Shown piece by piece: positions 47,674-58,298 of a stretch of 64,000 bases of DNA. The stretch is taken from contig JBHIAE010000001.1 of NCBI GenBank assembly GCA_046758445.1, forward strand, positions 114,658 to 178,657, given 5' to 3'. This DNA comes from Candidatus Thorarchaeota archaeon (GTDB taxonomy: Archaea > Asgardarchaeota > Thorarchaeia > Thorarchaeales > Thorarchaeaceae). The translations under genes and the position numbers were made by a program. The stretch's first letter is position 1, and each line of letters begins with the position of its first letter. The notes below the pieces were generated by a model. It made no database searches and was not told where the DNA came from. It saw only the letters and a program-made list of their open reading frames with translations.

Positions 47674-50600
47674 ATGGCCACAACATCTTCCAAGAGGTCG
47701 GCACCGGCGACCAAGCCCACTGACGTCTTGGTCATTGGTGCAGGAATGGCTGGGATAAACGCGGCACTCTCACTTGCCGAAGGGGGACACCACGCTCACG
47801 TCATAGAAAAGTCCGTGAACATCGGGGGCAACTACGTGGCCGTGTACAAGATTTTCCCGATGCTTGAGTGTAGTGCTTGTGTTATGACGCCGCTCACGTC
47901 CTATGTGGGCAAACATCCCAACATCTCTGTTCATGCATTGTCCACAGTAGAGAAAGTCACAGGTTCAAAAGGCGACTTCACAGTAACGGTGCGAAAGAAA
48001 GCGCGATACGTGAACGAGGACACCTGCACAGGCTGTCAAGCGTGTATCAGCAACTGTCCTGTTGAGGTTCCTTCGGAATACGACCATGGACTCTCACTCC
48101 GGAAAGCCATCTACATGAACTTCCCGCAGCAAGTGCCTCTTGTTGCCACCATAGACAGGGAGGCGTGCATCGGTTGTGGGACCTGTGCATCAGTATGTCC
48201 ACAAGATTGCATTGATTATAATGATGAAGACAAACTCATTGAGCTCAATGTTGGGTCCATCGTCATGGCAACCGGCTTCCAAGAATACAAACCAGTGGAG
48301 TATGGTGAGTATGGCTATGGTGTATTCCCCAACGTTGTCACAAGCCTTGAGTACGACCGCATGACTCACCCTACAGGACCTACGGACTCACACATGATTC
48401 GCCCCTCAGACGGTAAAGAGCCCGAAAAGATTCTCTTTGTCAATTGTGTGGGAAGTCGGGATGTGCGTGAGAACATTGGAGGATACAGCGAGCACTGTAA
48501 TAAAGTGTGCTGTTCATTTGGCCTGAAGCTGGCGCAGGTCACACGCATGCACTACCCGGAGGACCACTGTGAAATCTTATACACCTACATGGACATGCGT
48601 ACAGCTGGCAAGGCATTGGAGGAGTTTCTTTGGGACTCAGAGAGAAACCATGGTATCGACTTCATTCGTGGTCGAGTTTCTGAGATAGCCGAAGACCCTG
48701 ACACTCATGACTTGTACGTAAAGATGGAGGACACTGAGAAGGGTGAGATAATTGACATTGACAAGATTTCAATGGTTGTCCTCAACGCGAGCTTCAGGCC
48801 GAACGAAGACCAAGATGAGCTTGCCAAGATACTCAAGATTGAGCTCGATGAGAGCGGGTGGGTGAAGGAGCTACACCCGAACTCGGGCGCTCTGGAAACG
48901 ACACGACCTGGCATCTTTGTGGCAGGTTGTGCCCACGGTCCTAAGGACGGTACTGATACGGTGAACGAGGGAAAGGGAGCAGGAATGGCTGCCCATTCAT
49001 TCCTTCCGATTCCGACCCCACCGAAACCACATCTACCTCCGCCCCTAGAGGTAGGAGAAGAGCCTCGTGTTGGCGTCTTCATTTGTCACTGTGGGGGAAT
49101 CATAGGAAATGAGATTGACTCACCTGGACTTGCAGAGTGGTCCAAAGGACTTCCGAGCGTTGTCTATGCAACTGACTACCTATTCATGTGCAGTGATCCC
49201 GGACAAGAGTTAATCACCGAGGCAATCAAGGAGCATGGCCTGAATCGCGTGGTCGTTGGCTCGTGCTCTCCGCTTCAACATGAAGAAACCTTTAGGAGAG
49301 CCTTGGAGGCGGCGGGGCTTTCAAGATACTACTTTGTGGGGCCAGTAGGTCTAAGGGAACAGCTAGCGCTGGTCAATGCAAGTGCGCCACGCGATGAGCG
49401 TCAAGAGAAGGCACAGGACATGATACGCAGTGCCGTGGCCAAGGCTGCAAACAACGAGATAGTCCCAGTCAAGGAGGTTGAAGTCACCAGAGCAGCGTTG
49501 GTGGTGGGCGGCGGAGTTTCTGGAATGACTGCTTCTCTTGACATTGCACGAAAGGGCTTTGATGTACTGCTTTTGGAGAAGACTGATCGCCTCGGAGGAA
49601 GACTGAACGACCTGCATAACCTCTTTCCCAAGATGGAGTCGGCCAAGGATATTATCGATGACCTGATTTCGAGAGTCGAGAGGGAGAAGAACATCAAGAC
49701 TGTTCTTAACTCGAAGGTTGTAGGCCGCGACGGGTCATATGGCAACTACGAGATAGAGGTGGAGAACGTTCAAACTGGTGATAGGGAAACTCACCGGGTC
49801 GGCACGGTGGTCATCACTGTGGGGACTGATACCTATGATCCCAAACAGGGCGAGTACGGATGGGGAGAGGTGCCCGGAGTCATCACGACACTCGATTTGG
49901 AAAGAAGACTCAGAAATGGTGAACTGAAGAAGCCCCCGAAGAACCCTGTCTTCATCCATTGTGTGGGCTCTAGGCAGAATCCTGGCGAGGGCAACAGACA
50001 TTGCTCCAGAGTCTGCTGCTCTGCGATTATTACGATACAACATGAGCTCAAGGAATTGTTTCCGGACATCAAGGTCTTCTCGGCCTACAAGGAACACATC
50101 CGACCCTACGCCAACGGGATGGAAGAGATGTGGCGTGAGAACAGACAGAACGGTATCACCTATCTCCGCTGGGTGAGAGAGAGACCTGTCACCGTCGAGA
50201 AGGACCCTGATGGCGAAGGAGCCATTGTGACCGTCTATGACACACTGTCTCAGGAAACATTCAAGATCAGGTCGGACATGGTGGTCCTCGCTTTGGGGCT
50301 TGAATCACCGAGTGACACAGACGAGCTAGCCAAGGCATTTGGCATCAACCGAGGTGCCGATGGATTCCTGGCTGAAATGCACATGAAATACAGACCAGTG
50401 GAGACCACGGTGCCCGGTGTGTTTCTTGGTGTGACCTATGCGAAGAACGTTGCTGATTCTGTGAACCAGGCGCGAGGAGCGGCGAGTGAGGCAGCAGTTC
50501 CATTGAATCTGGGAACTGTAGAGATCGAACTGCTCACTGCAGACGTCGATGAGGACCTGTGTGTAGGCTGTGATCTTTGTCATTATTCTGAGATCTGCCC

Positions 50601-50778
50601 CTATGATGCAATTTCAATGATAGAGGTGGCGCCAGGGGTCAAGAAGAGCGCAACAGATGAGATGCGATGTGAAGGCTGCGGCGCATGCTCGGCGATTTGT
50701 CCCACTGGAGCGCGTGATCTTAGATGGTGGCGTGAACATAGCTTCTTGGAAGAGATTGAAGAGATGCTCAAGGAGTGA
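47674..50778 (+). CDS. hdrA: Tandem-domain heterodisulfide reductase subunit A-like protein
   Basis: Two FAD-binding GxG modules, FPMLECSAC, CVGSR twice, FICHCG and multiple CxxCxxCxxxCP. Confidence 0.9.
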   Translation: MATTSSKRSAPATKPTDVLVIGAGMAGINAALSLAEGGHHAHVIEKSVNIGGNYVAVYKIFPMLECSACVMTPLTSYVGKHPNISVHALSTVEKVTGSKGDFTVTVRKKARYVNEDTCTGCQACISNCPVEVPSEYDHGLSLRKAIYMNFPQQVPLVATIDREACIGCGTCASVCPQDCIDYNDEDKLIELNVGSIVMATGFQEYKPVEYGEYGYGVFPNVVTSLEYDRMTHPTGPTDSHMIRPSDGKEPEKILFVNCVGSRDVRENIGGYSEHCNKVCCSFGLKLAQVTRMHYPEDHCEILYTYMDMRTAGKALEEFLWDSERNHGIDFIRGRVSEIAEDPDTHDLYVKMEDTEKGEIIDIDKISMVVLNASFRPNEDQDELAKILKIELDESGWVKELHPNSGALETTRPGIFVAGCAHGPKDGTDTVNEGKGAGMAAHSFLPIPTPPKPHLPPPLEVGEEPRVGVFICHCGGIIGNEIDSPGLAEWSKGLPSVVYATDYLFMCSDPGQELITEAIKEHGLNRVVVGSCSPLQHEETFRRALEAAGLSRYYFVGPVGLREQLALVNASAPRDERQEKAQDMIRSAVAKAANNEIVPVKEVEVTRAALVVGGGVSGMTASLDIARKGFDVLLLEKTDRLGGRLNDLHNLFPKMESAKDIIDDLISRVEREKNIKTVLNSKVVGRDGSYGNYEIEVENVQTGDRETHRVGTVVITVGTDTYDPKQGEYGWGEVPGVITTLDLERRLRNGELKKPPKNPVFIHCVGSRQNPGEGNRHCSRVCCSAIITIQHELKELFPDIKVFSAYKEHIRPYANGMEEMWRENRQNGITYLRWVRERPVTVEKDPDGEGAIVTVYDTLSQETFKIRSDMVVLALGLESPSDTDELAKAFGINRGADGFLAEMHMKYRPVETTVPGVFLGVTYAKNVADSVNQARGAASEAAVPLNLGTVEIELLTADVDEDLCVGCDLCHYSEICPYDAISMIEVAPGVKKSATDEMRCEGCGACSAICPTGARDLRWWREHSFLEEIEEMLKE

Positions 50779-50784
50779 GTCGCA

Positions 50785-51360
50785 TTGGTCACAATTGACG
50801 GTCTCAGGGCAGGTTGGACCGTCCTTAACGACCTCTTGGGCGAATTGAGATACAAAGGTGTCTTCATCCCGGACCTAACCTATGCCGATCTTCGCAACTC
50901 CAAGATGGTGATAGAATACCTCTCAGGTTTCGAACAGGACCTCGAGGCTTCCGACCATGCAGATGAGAAGCTCAGGGTGGAGATGGAAAGCAAGATTCTC
51001 CGCCTCAGAGAAACAATGATGGTCTGGGCGGAAGAGAGAGAAGGTGTCGGATATCGCCAAGATTGGGAAGGTCGATTTCAGAGAGCGATAGAAGGGCAAG
51101 ACAAGGTTGAGGAAGAGGAAGACCGAACGCCGATCTCAGACATACCAAGAGAGAAGGACATCGGATTCTTCAGAATAAGACTCCCAGAGGATATCCCCGT
51201 GGAGGTTGTTTCCGAGATCGCAGAAGACTGCGAAGTCCTCATCTCGCTGGACGGCGAAAGGCATCTGCAGGTGAGTGGGAAGAAGAACTGCGTCCGTGAT
51301 GCAATGAAACGCCTCGGTGAAGTCTTCTACGGCGAGAGCAGACTTGGAAAGAACGACTAG
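50785..51360 (+). CDS. DUF2096-like conserved archaeal protein
   Basis: N-terminal W.VL.DL..EL...G pattern and C-terminal RIRLPE...AE...V; 6 bp after hdrA. Confidence 0.6.
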   Translation: MVTIDGLRAGWTVLNDLLGELRYKGVFIPDLTYADLRNSKMVIEYLSGFEQDLEASDHADEKLRVEMESKILRLRETMMVWAEEREGVGYRQDWEGRFQRAIEGQDKVEEEEDRTPISDIPREKDIGFFRIRLPEDIPVEVVSEIAEDCEVLISLDGERHLQVSGKKNCVRDAMKRLGEVFYGESRLGKND

Positions 51361-51391
51361 CTGTGGGAAACAATCTTCGGAACTTGTCGGT

Positions 51392-52267
51392 CTAGATGCC
51401 CAGGATATCACTGATTGGATCAAGGGAGATTCTGTTCAGCTCAACTCCAAGTGACTCTTGTTCAAGGCCCATGGCCAGCCCCAGAATCTGAGTCACGAAC
51501 ATTGCAGGAAGCTCAAGCGACTCCCCATTCTCATCCTTCATTCCAATTAGCTGGACATCGAACTGTGTATGGCATGCTGGGCAATTTGTCACTAGGCAAT
51601 TTGCGCCTGCCTCCTTAGCAGATATCATTTTGTCCTTCAGGATGTCTGTTGCAACTTCCTCACTGGCAATTAGCAGTGGAGAGCCACAGCATGACAACTT
51701 CAGATTCCAGGGGACGCTCTTCGCTCCCGCTATCTCTAGCAGTTCGTCGACCTTCCCCGGAAGCTCCGGGTCATCAAAGCCCACAACTTTGGAGGGCCGC
51801 AAAAGGTGGCATCCAGGATGAAAAGCAATCTTCAGTCCATTCAGAGGCTTGACAATCCTGGTCTTAATCTCATCTTTGAGTTCATAGAGTACTTCAACAA
51901 AGTGACGAATCTTGGTCTTTCCAGTGTATTGCAGACCCAAAGGCTTCAACGCCGCATTGACCCCTTTTCGGTAGGCCTCATCGTCATGCAGGACGTGATT
52001 GGTGTCCTTCAATGAACCGAAACAACCGTTGCATGGAGTGACTATATCATGTCCTCGTTTCTCTGCCAAGGCGATATTCCTGCCGGACACGGACAGCCAA
52101 CTCAGTTCGTCAATGGACTTTAGAACAACTGTCCCACAGCAGGAGGCACCGTCGAAATCCACAAGCTTGACACCCAAAGCAGTCGCTACCGCCCTCATTG
52201 AAGCTTCGTAATTGTTGAAGCGGTTAGGTATCGCACAACCAAGGAACACTTCATAGGTCTGTGACAT
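51392..52267 (-). CDS. hdrB: Heterodisulfide reductase subunit B
   Basis: Two CCG domains (LGC, SCCG, PCNGC, HPGCH, CCGS, CPAC). Confidence 0.92.
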   Translation of the reverse strand: MSQTYEVFLGCAIPNRFNNYEASMRAVATALGVKLVDFDGASCCGTVVLKSIDELSWLSVSGRNIALAEKRGHDIVTPCNGCFGSLKDTNHVLHDDEAYRKGVNAALKPLGLQYTGKTKIRHFVEVLYELKDEIKTRIVKPLNGLKIAFHPGCHLLRPSKVVGFDDPELPGKVDELLEIAGAKSVPWNLKLSCCGSPLLIASEEVATDILKDKMISAKEAGANCLVTNCPACHTQFDVQLIGMKDENGESLELPAMFVTQILGLAMGLEQESLGVELNRISLDPISDILGI

Positions 52268-52268
52268 G

Positions 52269-52787
52269 TCACTCGCCCTCCTTCAGCTTCATGAGCCCAG
52301 TCTTCTCCAACACCTTCTTGGTGTCTTTGACGTTCAACTCAGGTACATCATTGAGCCCGAGGTCCTCTCGCTCCCAGTCAGTGGGCTCGTACAGCTTGCC
52401 TGTGTCAAAGAGGGACTTGCGAGCCGCAATGTAACCGGCCGGAGTAATGTCCTTCTTGAAGGCCATATTCTTGAGCCCGAAGATGATGTCAGTGATGTCG
52501 ATGCCCTGAGGACACCGCTCCTGGCATGTATAGCAAGTGGTGCATAACCATACCATATCGGTTTCTAAGACCTCCTTGAGGCCAAAAAGGAGCATCCTCA
52601 TCAGCTCGTGGACCTGGATGTTGACCTTGTCACTTACTGGACAACCTGCACTACACTTTGCACACTGGAAGCATGTGGTGAGGTCCTGGCCGCCAAGGAG
52701 GTCAGAAACCTCTCTGGTAAACTCTGCATCGAGTGTTGCGAACTTCTTCTTCTCGATTGACTTGAACTGGCCCCAGGTTTCAGTCAC
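52269..52787 (-). CDS. hdrC: Heterodisulfide reductase subunit C
   Basis: CFQCAKCSAGCP and WLCTTCYTCQERCPQ. Confidence 0.92.
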   Translation of the reverse strand: MTETWGQFKSIEKKKFATLDAEFTREVSDLLGGQDLTTCFQCAKCSAGCPVSDKVNIQVHELMRMLLFGLKEVLETDMVWLCTTCYTCQERCPQGIDITDIIFGLKNMAFKKDITPAGYIAARKSLFDTGKLYEPTDWEREDLGLNDVPELNVKDTKKVLEKTGLMKLKEGE

Positions 52788-52790
52788 TGA

Positions 52791-55700
52791 CTATCGCCTC
52801 CGTGGTCTGAGAGGACTTGGGCCTAGGTTGTCAGCTAGGTCGGACAGCTTCTTCACCGTTTCTGCCCAAATTGGTCCTTCACTTGCGCTGATCTGAGTGA
52901 ACTGTATTCTATCAGGCTCAAGACCTGCTTTTTCAATGATCTTCTTGGCAATGGCATATCTGCGCTCGAAAGCGACATTGCCATCCACGTAGTGACAGTC
53001 GCCAAAGTGGCAACCTGAAATCCACACCATGTCGGCTCCAAGTCTGAAAGCTTCAAGTATGTGTGTGACGCTGACCCTGCCTGTACACATCACCCGAATA
53101 TCCCGGACGGTTGTAGGCTGCTGGAACCTAGAAACACCTGCACTATCTGCCCCAGCGTAAGAGCACCAATTACAGAGAATCGTGAGAATCCTTGATTCAT
53201 TCGCCGGCATGTCCTCAAGAGCTGCACGGATCTGTGCCAGAATCTGGTCATCCGTGAAGTGCTTCATGGTGATGGCTCCAGCTGGACATCCTGCCGCGCA
53301 TTTTCCACATCCTGCGCAAAGGACTGGGTTCGAAACGGCGTAGTCATGGCCGCCGTCGCCGGGCATGACCTCTATGGCATTATAGGCGCAGTTTATCTCG
53401 CAGGTGCCGCAACCAACACAGACCTCCGGGTCCACCACAGATACTATCGCCTCCGCCTTTCGGATTCCACTGACAAGCGGTATCAGAGCCCTCGACGCAG
53501 CACCTCTTCCTTGAACGATGGACTCCTCGATCGACTTCGGTGCGGTGGCAGTTCCGGCCACGAACACTCCATCAGTCTGGAAGTCTACAGGCCGGAGCTT
53601 TGGATGAGCCTCCATAAAGAAACCGGACATGTTGAGGGGTACCTTGAACAACTCAGAGATTTCCTTGTTCTTCTCCCTAGGAATCATGGCACTGGCGAGA
53701 ACAACTTGGTCAACGTCAAGAGTGAGTTGTGCTCCTAGGATTTGGTCTACGACCTCAACTTGGAGTGGCTTATCCTTGCCCTTCTTGACTCCGGGCGGCG
53801 TGTCTTGATCAAATCTGATGAATACTACGCCCCTCTTCCTAGCCTCTCTATATCTATCCTCTCCATCATACGACACCCTGAGGTCTCTATACAAGTGGAA
53901 CACCCGGGAATTGGGATGCTTCTCAAGCAGCTCCAAAGTGTGATCTATTGCTATCGTACAGCATATACCAGAGCACCAGGTTCGAGCTCCATTCAGAAAC
54001 TCCTCCTCGCGCGACCCTGCACAATGAATCACAGCAAAGGTCTGGCCATCGGAGATACTTTCGCCGTCTACCATCCTGCGGTTGAATTCGGCTTCTGTCA
54101 TCACATTATCGAACTTCTTCAGTCCGTAGAGACCCTTCTCCTCAAGTTCACTTGCACCAGTTGCAACGATGACAACTCCGACCTTGAGCTCTTGTTTCTT
54201 CTTACCGGTCTTTATGGTGATGTCAAAGTCACCAATCGAGCCCTTCGCATCAGCCACTTCTGAGTTGACTAGTAGCTCTATGTTCGGATTGCTGGTTATG
54301 GCTGCCTCGAACTCCTTGATGATCTCCTCGCTGTTCCGGTGGTCGAAGTTCACCGTTCGTAATTCGTTCAAGAAGCCGCCCACTCTGTCCTCCCTCTCAA
54401 CAAGGTACACCTTGAAGCCTTTCTGGGCAATGAGAGCGGCGGCTGCCATTCCTGAAACCCCTGCTCCAATGACTAGAATCGTAGGTTCTATCTTGGTGAC
54501 AGCCTCTTCCTGAGCCTCGAGCAATCTTGCCCTCGCCACGGACATTCTAACAAGATCGTTGGCCTTTGCTGTTGCCTCATCCTTAGCGCTTTGGTGCACC
54601 CATGAACAGTGCTCTCGGATGTTCGCGAGCTCGAAGAGGTACTTGTTAAGCCCGGCTTCCTCTATAGTGTTTCTGAACAGAGGTTCATGGGTCCTCGGGG
54701 TACAAGAAGCTACGATAACACGATTCAAGTTGTGCTCCTTGATTGCATCCTTGATCACGTCTTGTGCGTCAGATGAGCATGAATAAAGCAGGTTCTCAGA
54801 ATGCACCACTCCTGGGAGCGAGTTGGCATATTCTGTTACCTCTGCGACATCGACAGTTCCTGCAATATTGATTCCGCATGAACAAACAAACACACCAATT
54901 CGTGGTTCTGCAGCGACAAGTTCCAGGTCCGCTTCGGTCAACGCCTCACTCTCAACAGCTTCTGGGAGGGTTATGTCAAGAGCAGCCATCGCTGCAGCCG
55001 CACTTCCCTGAGCGACTGAGTCCGGGATATCCTTTGGACTGTTGCATGCCCCACACATGTGGACTCCTGGGACTCCTGTCTTGACTGACTCTAAGCCGGC
55101 ATCAGCACCACTGATGAAACCGTATTCATCGACCTGGGTTCCAAGCTTGTCCATTAGCTCTGAGTTCTTACTTGGCACCATGGCAGGACATAGCACGACT
55201 AGGTCATAATCAGCCTCTAGAACCTCGTGTCCTTTGGTGACACTGTATCTGAGATTGAGGTTCCGAGTATTGGGGTTCTCGAAGACTGCGCTGGGTAGCC
55301 CCTTGATGTAGTTGATGCCATACTCGTTCTCCCCTCTCACAATGAACTCCTCGAAACCCTTACCGAAAGCACGCATGTCATTGTATAGAATGTCGATGTG
55401 CACCTCGGGAGTGTGTTCCTTAGTAATGATTGCCTCCTTTGTGGCATATGTACAGCAAATCCTGGAACAGTATGCACAATGGTTCACGTCACGACTGCCA
55501 ACACATTGAATGAAGGCGATTCTATGAGGCTCCCTACCATCAGACGGCCGCATCACCACACCCTCAGTTGGACCGCTTGCAGAAACCATTCGTTCATATT
55601 CTAACGCAGTGACAACGTTGGAAAAGCGTCCATAGCCGTACTCCGGTATCGTAGAGGCGTCCAGCAAGTCATAACCAGTTGCGACGATGATTGAACCAGC

Positions 55701-56249
55701 GTTGATCTCAAATGTCTCGTCTGGAATCTCAAAGTTGATTGCCTCAGCCTTGCACGTCTTGACACAGACCATGCACTCGATACAGTTCTCAATGTCGATT
55801 GTTGCTACGTTGGGAACGGCCTGGGGGAACGGAATGTAAGCCGCCTTCCTCATCTTGAGACCCATATCGTACTCATTTCTGACTTCAATGGGGCAGACTC
55901 TCTCGCAGTCCCCACACCCCGTACACTTGTCCAAGTCGACTCTACGTGTTCGCTTCAAGACCTTGACATTGAAGTTGCCTCGTTCTCCAGTAACGTCTGC
56001 AACTTCAGAGTAGGCCAGTATCTCGATGCTACGATGACGAGAACAGTCGACCATCCAGGGTCCTTGAATGCACATTGAGCAATCGAGTGTTGGGAATGTC
56101 TTGTCGAGTTGTGACATGCGACCTCCGATCGAGGGGTTCTTCTCGACCATGTAGACTTGGACACCCATCTCAGCCAGATCAAGTGCAGCACGCATTCCTG
56201 CAATACCTGCACCAATGATGACCACCGGCTTAGTTGCAGAGTCAGCCAT
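52791..56249 (-). CDS. hdrA: Tandem HdrA fused to C-terminal MvhD
   Basis: LDKTFPTLDCSMC, two FAD modules and ferredoxin motifs. C-terminal CNWCSYAGAD, RVMCTGRV and GCHFGDCHY match MvhD. Confidence 0.92.
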   Translation of the reverse strand: MADSATKPVVIIGAGIAGMRAALDLAEMGVQVYMVEKNPSIGGRMSQLDKTFPTLDCSMCIQGPWMVDCSRHRSIEILAYSEVADVTGERGNFNVKVLKRTRRVDLDKCTGCGDCERVCPIEVRNEYDMGLKMRKAAYIPFPQAVPNVATIDIENCIECMVCVKTCKAEAINFEIPDETFEINAGSIIVATGYDLLDASTIPEYGYGRFSNVVTALEYERMVSASGPTEGVVMRPSDGREPHRIAFIQCVGSRDVNHCAYCSRICCTYATKEAIITKEHTPEVHIDILYNDMRAFGKGFEEFIVRGENEYGINYIKGLPSAVFENPNTRNLNLRYSVTKGHEVLEADYDLVVLCPAMVPSKNSELMDKLGTQVDEYGFISGADAGLESVKTGVPGVHMCGACNSPKDIPDSVAQGSAAAAMAALDITLPEAVESEALTEADLELVAAEPRIGVFVCSCGINIAGTVDVAEVTEYANSLPGVVHSENLLYSCSSDAQDVIKDAIKEHNLNRVIVASCTPRTHEPLFRNTIEEAGLNKYLFELANIREHCSWVHQSAKDEATAKANDLVRMSVARARLLEAQEEAVTKIEPTILVIGAGVSGMAAAALIAQKGFKVYLVEREDRVGGFLNELRTVNFDHRNSEEIIKEFEAAITSNPNIELLVNSEVADAKGSIGDFDITIKTGKKKQELKVGVVIVATGASELEEKGLYGLKKFDNVMTEAEFNRRMVDGESISDGQTFAVIHCAGSREEEFLNGARTWCSGICCTIAIDHTLELLEKHPNSRVFHLYRDLRVSYDGEDRYREARKRGVVFIRFDQDTPPGVKKGKDKPLQVEVVDQILGAQLTLDVDQVVLASAMIPREKNKEISELFKVPLNMSGFFMEAHPKLRPVDFQTDGVFVAGTATAPKSIEESIVQGRGAASRALIPLVSGIRKAEAIVSVVDPEVCVGCGTCEINCAYNAIEVMPGDGGHDYAVSNPVLCAGCGKCAAGCPAGAITMKHFTDDQILAQIRAALEDMPANESRILTILCNWCSYAGADSAGVSRFQQPTTVRDIRVMCTGRVSVTHILEAFRLGADMVWISGCHFGDCHYVDGNVAFERRYAIAKKIIEKAGLEPDRIQFTQISASEGPIWAETVKKLSDLADNLGPSPLRPRRR

Positions 56250-56425
56250 TCCTTCGTTCACTCCGAGGTATCAAGGCGCCTCGGTTGAAAGGCATGATAA
56301 AATGTTTGTTATCGGACGAATATGGTTTCAGGTTGGAATCTGTATCCCACCGGAACTCCAGACAACCTTCGGTATTCCATGGTCGCTTGACAGTCAATGT
56401 GGAACGGGGACTTCATCCCTTCAAG

Positions 56426-56650
56426 CTATGTTGGTGCTCCGATAATTCGTGGGCTCTTGGGGATGAGGGCTCTCTCTATCCTTATTGCGCGGACAGGACA
56501 CTGGAACTCGCATGCTGTACAATCAATGCACCTTTTCGGATGACCAATCTCTGCTTTCTTCAGTGCATCATCGAATTCCCAGACTCCTCTTGGACACACC
56601 TTCAAGCAATCCCGACATCCGGAACAGGTTTCGTAATCATAGACAATCAT
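56426..56650 (-). CDS. 2[4Fe-4S] ferredoxin (HgcB-like position)
   Basis: CSGCRDCLKVCP and CIDCTACEFQCP. Confidence 0.88.
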   Translation of the reverse strand: MIVYDYETCSGCRDCLKVCPRGVWEFDDALKKAEIGHPKRCIDCTACEFQCPVRAIRIERALIPKSPRIIGAPT

Positions 56651-56661
56651 CGATTCGCACC

Positions 56662-57645
56662 TCAGATAATACCCATAGGAAAGAAGAATCCCAATGCAAA
56701 GAGCAGAACAATCGTTCCCAGACCCGCAAGTATATCTCTGATCATCTGATCCTCACCTAGGTAGGGCGTAGCCCCTCCCCAGTTGAAACCTACAAACAGT
56801 GCCAATCCGAGTATCATCAAACCACTTGGGTCAAGCCACGCCCACTCGTAGGTTGTAGCAGCAATTGAAAATGTAGACAGCCACAGCAGAGATGTTTTCC
56901 AGATAATGAGAGACAAAAAGCCGGTGATAAGTCCCCTAACATAGCCTGACGTTGTTGGCATAAAGGGGTCAGTCATTGCCATGAAGGTACCGAGAACCCA
57001 AGCACCAATCACAATGTAGAGAAGATTGTTCCACCAGTAGTTGAACCATGAAAGGAGAGGCCCTCCGAAACTGCTGAGCAACCAGAAGATTGGCGTCATC
57101 GCAAGGAACATTGTAGTTTCAAAGACGTTGTGGGCCAAGTTGTTCTCCATTCTAGCTCGGAAATCGAAACCGACTCTGCTCTGTTCTGGAGTCTTTTCGA
57201 AATCATTGTCGATGAATTCTCCTACATCACTTATCTTTACAGGGCCGAAGACAGCTCTCCATCCATTAGCAGCCAACACGGACTTTGAAACAGAGCTCGC
57301 AATCAGTTGCGGCAGTATCAGGATTCGATGCGTTATTTTGTTGGCCAGACCAGTTTGTTCAATTGCATCGAGTATCGATTGTGTATCAACATGTCCGCCT
57401 CTGCTTCCACACCATACGTTGATACCGTGGCCATCAACAACGAGGAGGTGGCAGCTCAGATGTTGTTCCTCGATTGTTTCTCGGACTCTGAAGGAGGTCA
57501 GGTAGTAGTCAGTTGTGACGAGAACAGGTGACTCAGAGTGTGCATCATTGAAAGAGAGAAGCCCTTTCCTGTGCTTCAGAGCAAGCCTGGGCCACATCAA
57601 CTGACCACCCATCAGACAGACGTAGTATCTCCATCCCTTTTTCAT
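56662..57645 (-). CDS. HgcA-like corrinoid protein with C-terminal transmembrane domain
   Basis: SPVLVT, cap-helix-like GINVWCGSRGG, LILPQL and FGPV, followed by ~5 TM helices. Confidence 0.8.
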   Translation of the reverse strand: MKKGWRYYVCLMGGQLMWPRLALKHRKGLLSFNDAHSESPVLVTTDYYLTSFRVRETIEEQHLSCHLLVVDGHGINVWCGSRGGHVDTQSILDAIEQTGLANKITHRILILPQLIASSVSKSVLAANGWRAVFGPVKISDVGEFIDNDFEKTPEQSRVGFDFRARMENNLAHNVFETTMFLAMTPIFWLLSSFGGPLLSWFNYWWNNLLYIVIGAWVLGTFMAMTDPFMPTTSGYVRGLITGFLSLIIWKTSLLWLSTFSIAATTYEWAWLDPSGLMILGLALFVGFNWGGATPYLGEDQMIRDILAGLGTIVLLFALGFFFPMGII

Positions 57646-58298
57646 TCAATCACCTCTGCTACATAAAGCTCTAACAGCCCTCCTAAAAACTGAACTCGAT
57701 ACTTTGCAGCCAAACCGGCCGATCTCATCGCGGGAGCAATCTCATGAACTGGGTGCGCTCTTATTCGACTCAACCGTGATACGACCATGTAGCTGAGTCT
57801 CCGTATCAGTGAGAAGAATCGGCCGATGGTTCTTCCTTTGGGCAACCCCTCCGTACCTATGACGACCCATCCACCCGAAACTCCGACTCTCGCGGCCTCT
57901 GAAAACAGCAGTCCTACCTCCTCTGGTTGGAGTTCGCTGACGACCAATGAACTGACCACCAAATCAAAGGAGTCATTGTCAAGCTCCAGTGCTGTGACAT
58001 TACCCAATCGGAAGTCAAGCCGTCGACTGAGATTATGTTTCTTTGAGTTCTCCTTGGCAATCTCAAGCATCTTCGCATTCGTGTCAATACCAACACCGCG
58101 AAGACCCCGTCTACCAGCTTCAATCAATAGCTTTCCAGTCCCACAGCCAAGGTCGAGAACTGATCCTCTTCTTGGCAGAATCTTGTTGACAATATAGTCT
58201 CTGAGCATTCTATCCTGACCCAGCGTCAGCAAAGAGATCCATCTGTCATAGTGTCTGGTTGCTCGTTCTTCTGAGAGCCGCATCAGGATGGTTGCCAT
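57642..58298 (-). CDS. Class I SAM-dependent methyltransferase (corrinoid-protein associated, CpaM-like)
   Basis: YDRWISLLTLG, VLDLGCGTG and FDLVVSS..SEL; overlaps the hgcA-like start. Confidence 0.85.
   Translation of the reverse strand: MATILMRLSEERATRHYDRWISLLTLGQDRMLRDYIVNKILPRRGSVLDLGCGTGKLLIEAGRRGLRGVGIDTNAKMLEIAKENSKKHNLSRRLDFRLGNVTALELDNDSFDLVVSSLVVSELQPEEVGLLFSEAARVGVSGGWVVIGTEGLPKGRTIGRFFSLIRRLSYMVVSRLSRIRAHPVHEIAPAMRSAGLAAKYRVQFLGGLLELYVAEVIE

Noticed and set aside
47674-56249. Selenocysteine recoding in HdrA/MvhD
   Set aside because: Both frames are open with Cys at the usual Sec-prone positions; there is no in-frame TGA.
56662-57645. Bona fide mercury methylase hgcA
   Set aside because: The cap-helix motif deviates and the partner ferredoxin lacks the HgcB Cys tail, so it is reported only as HgcA-like.
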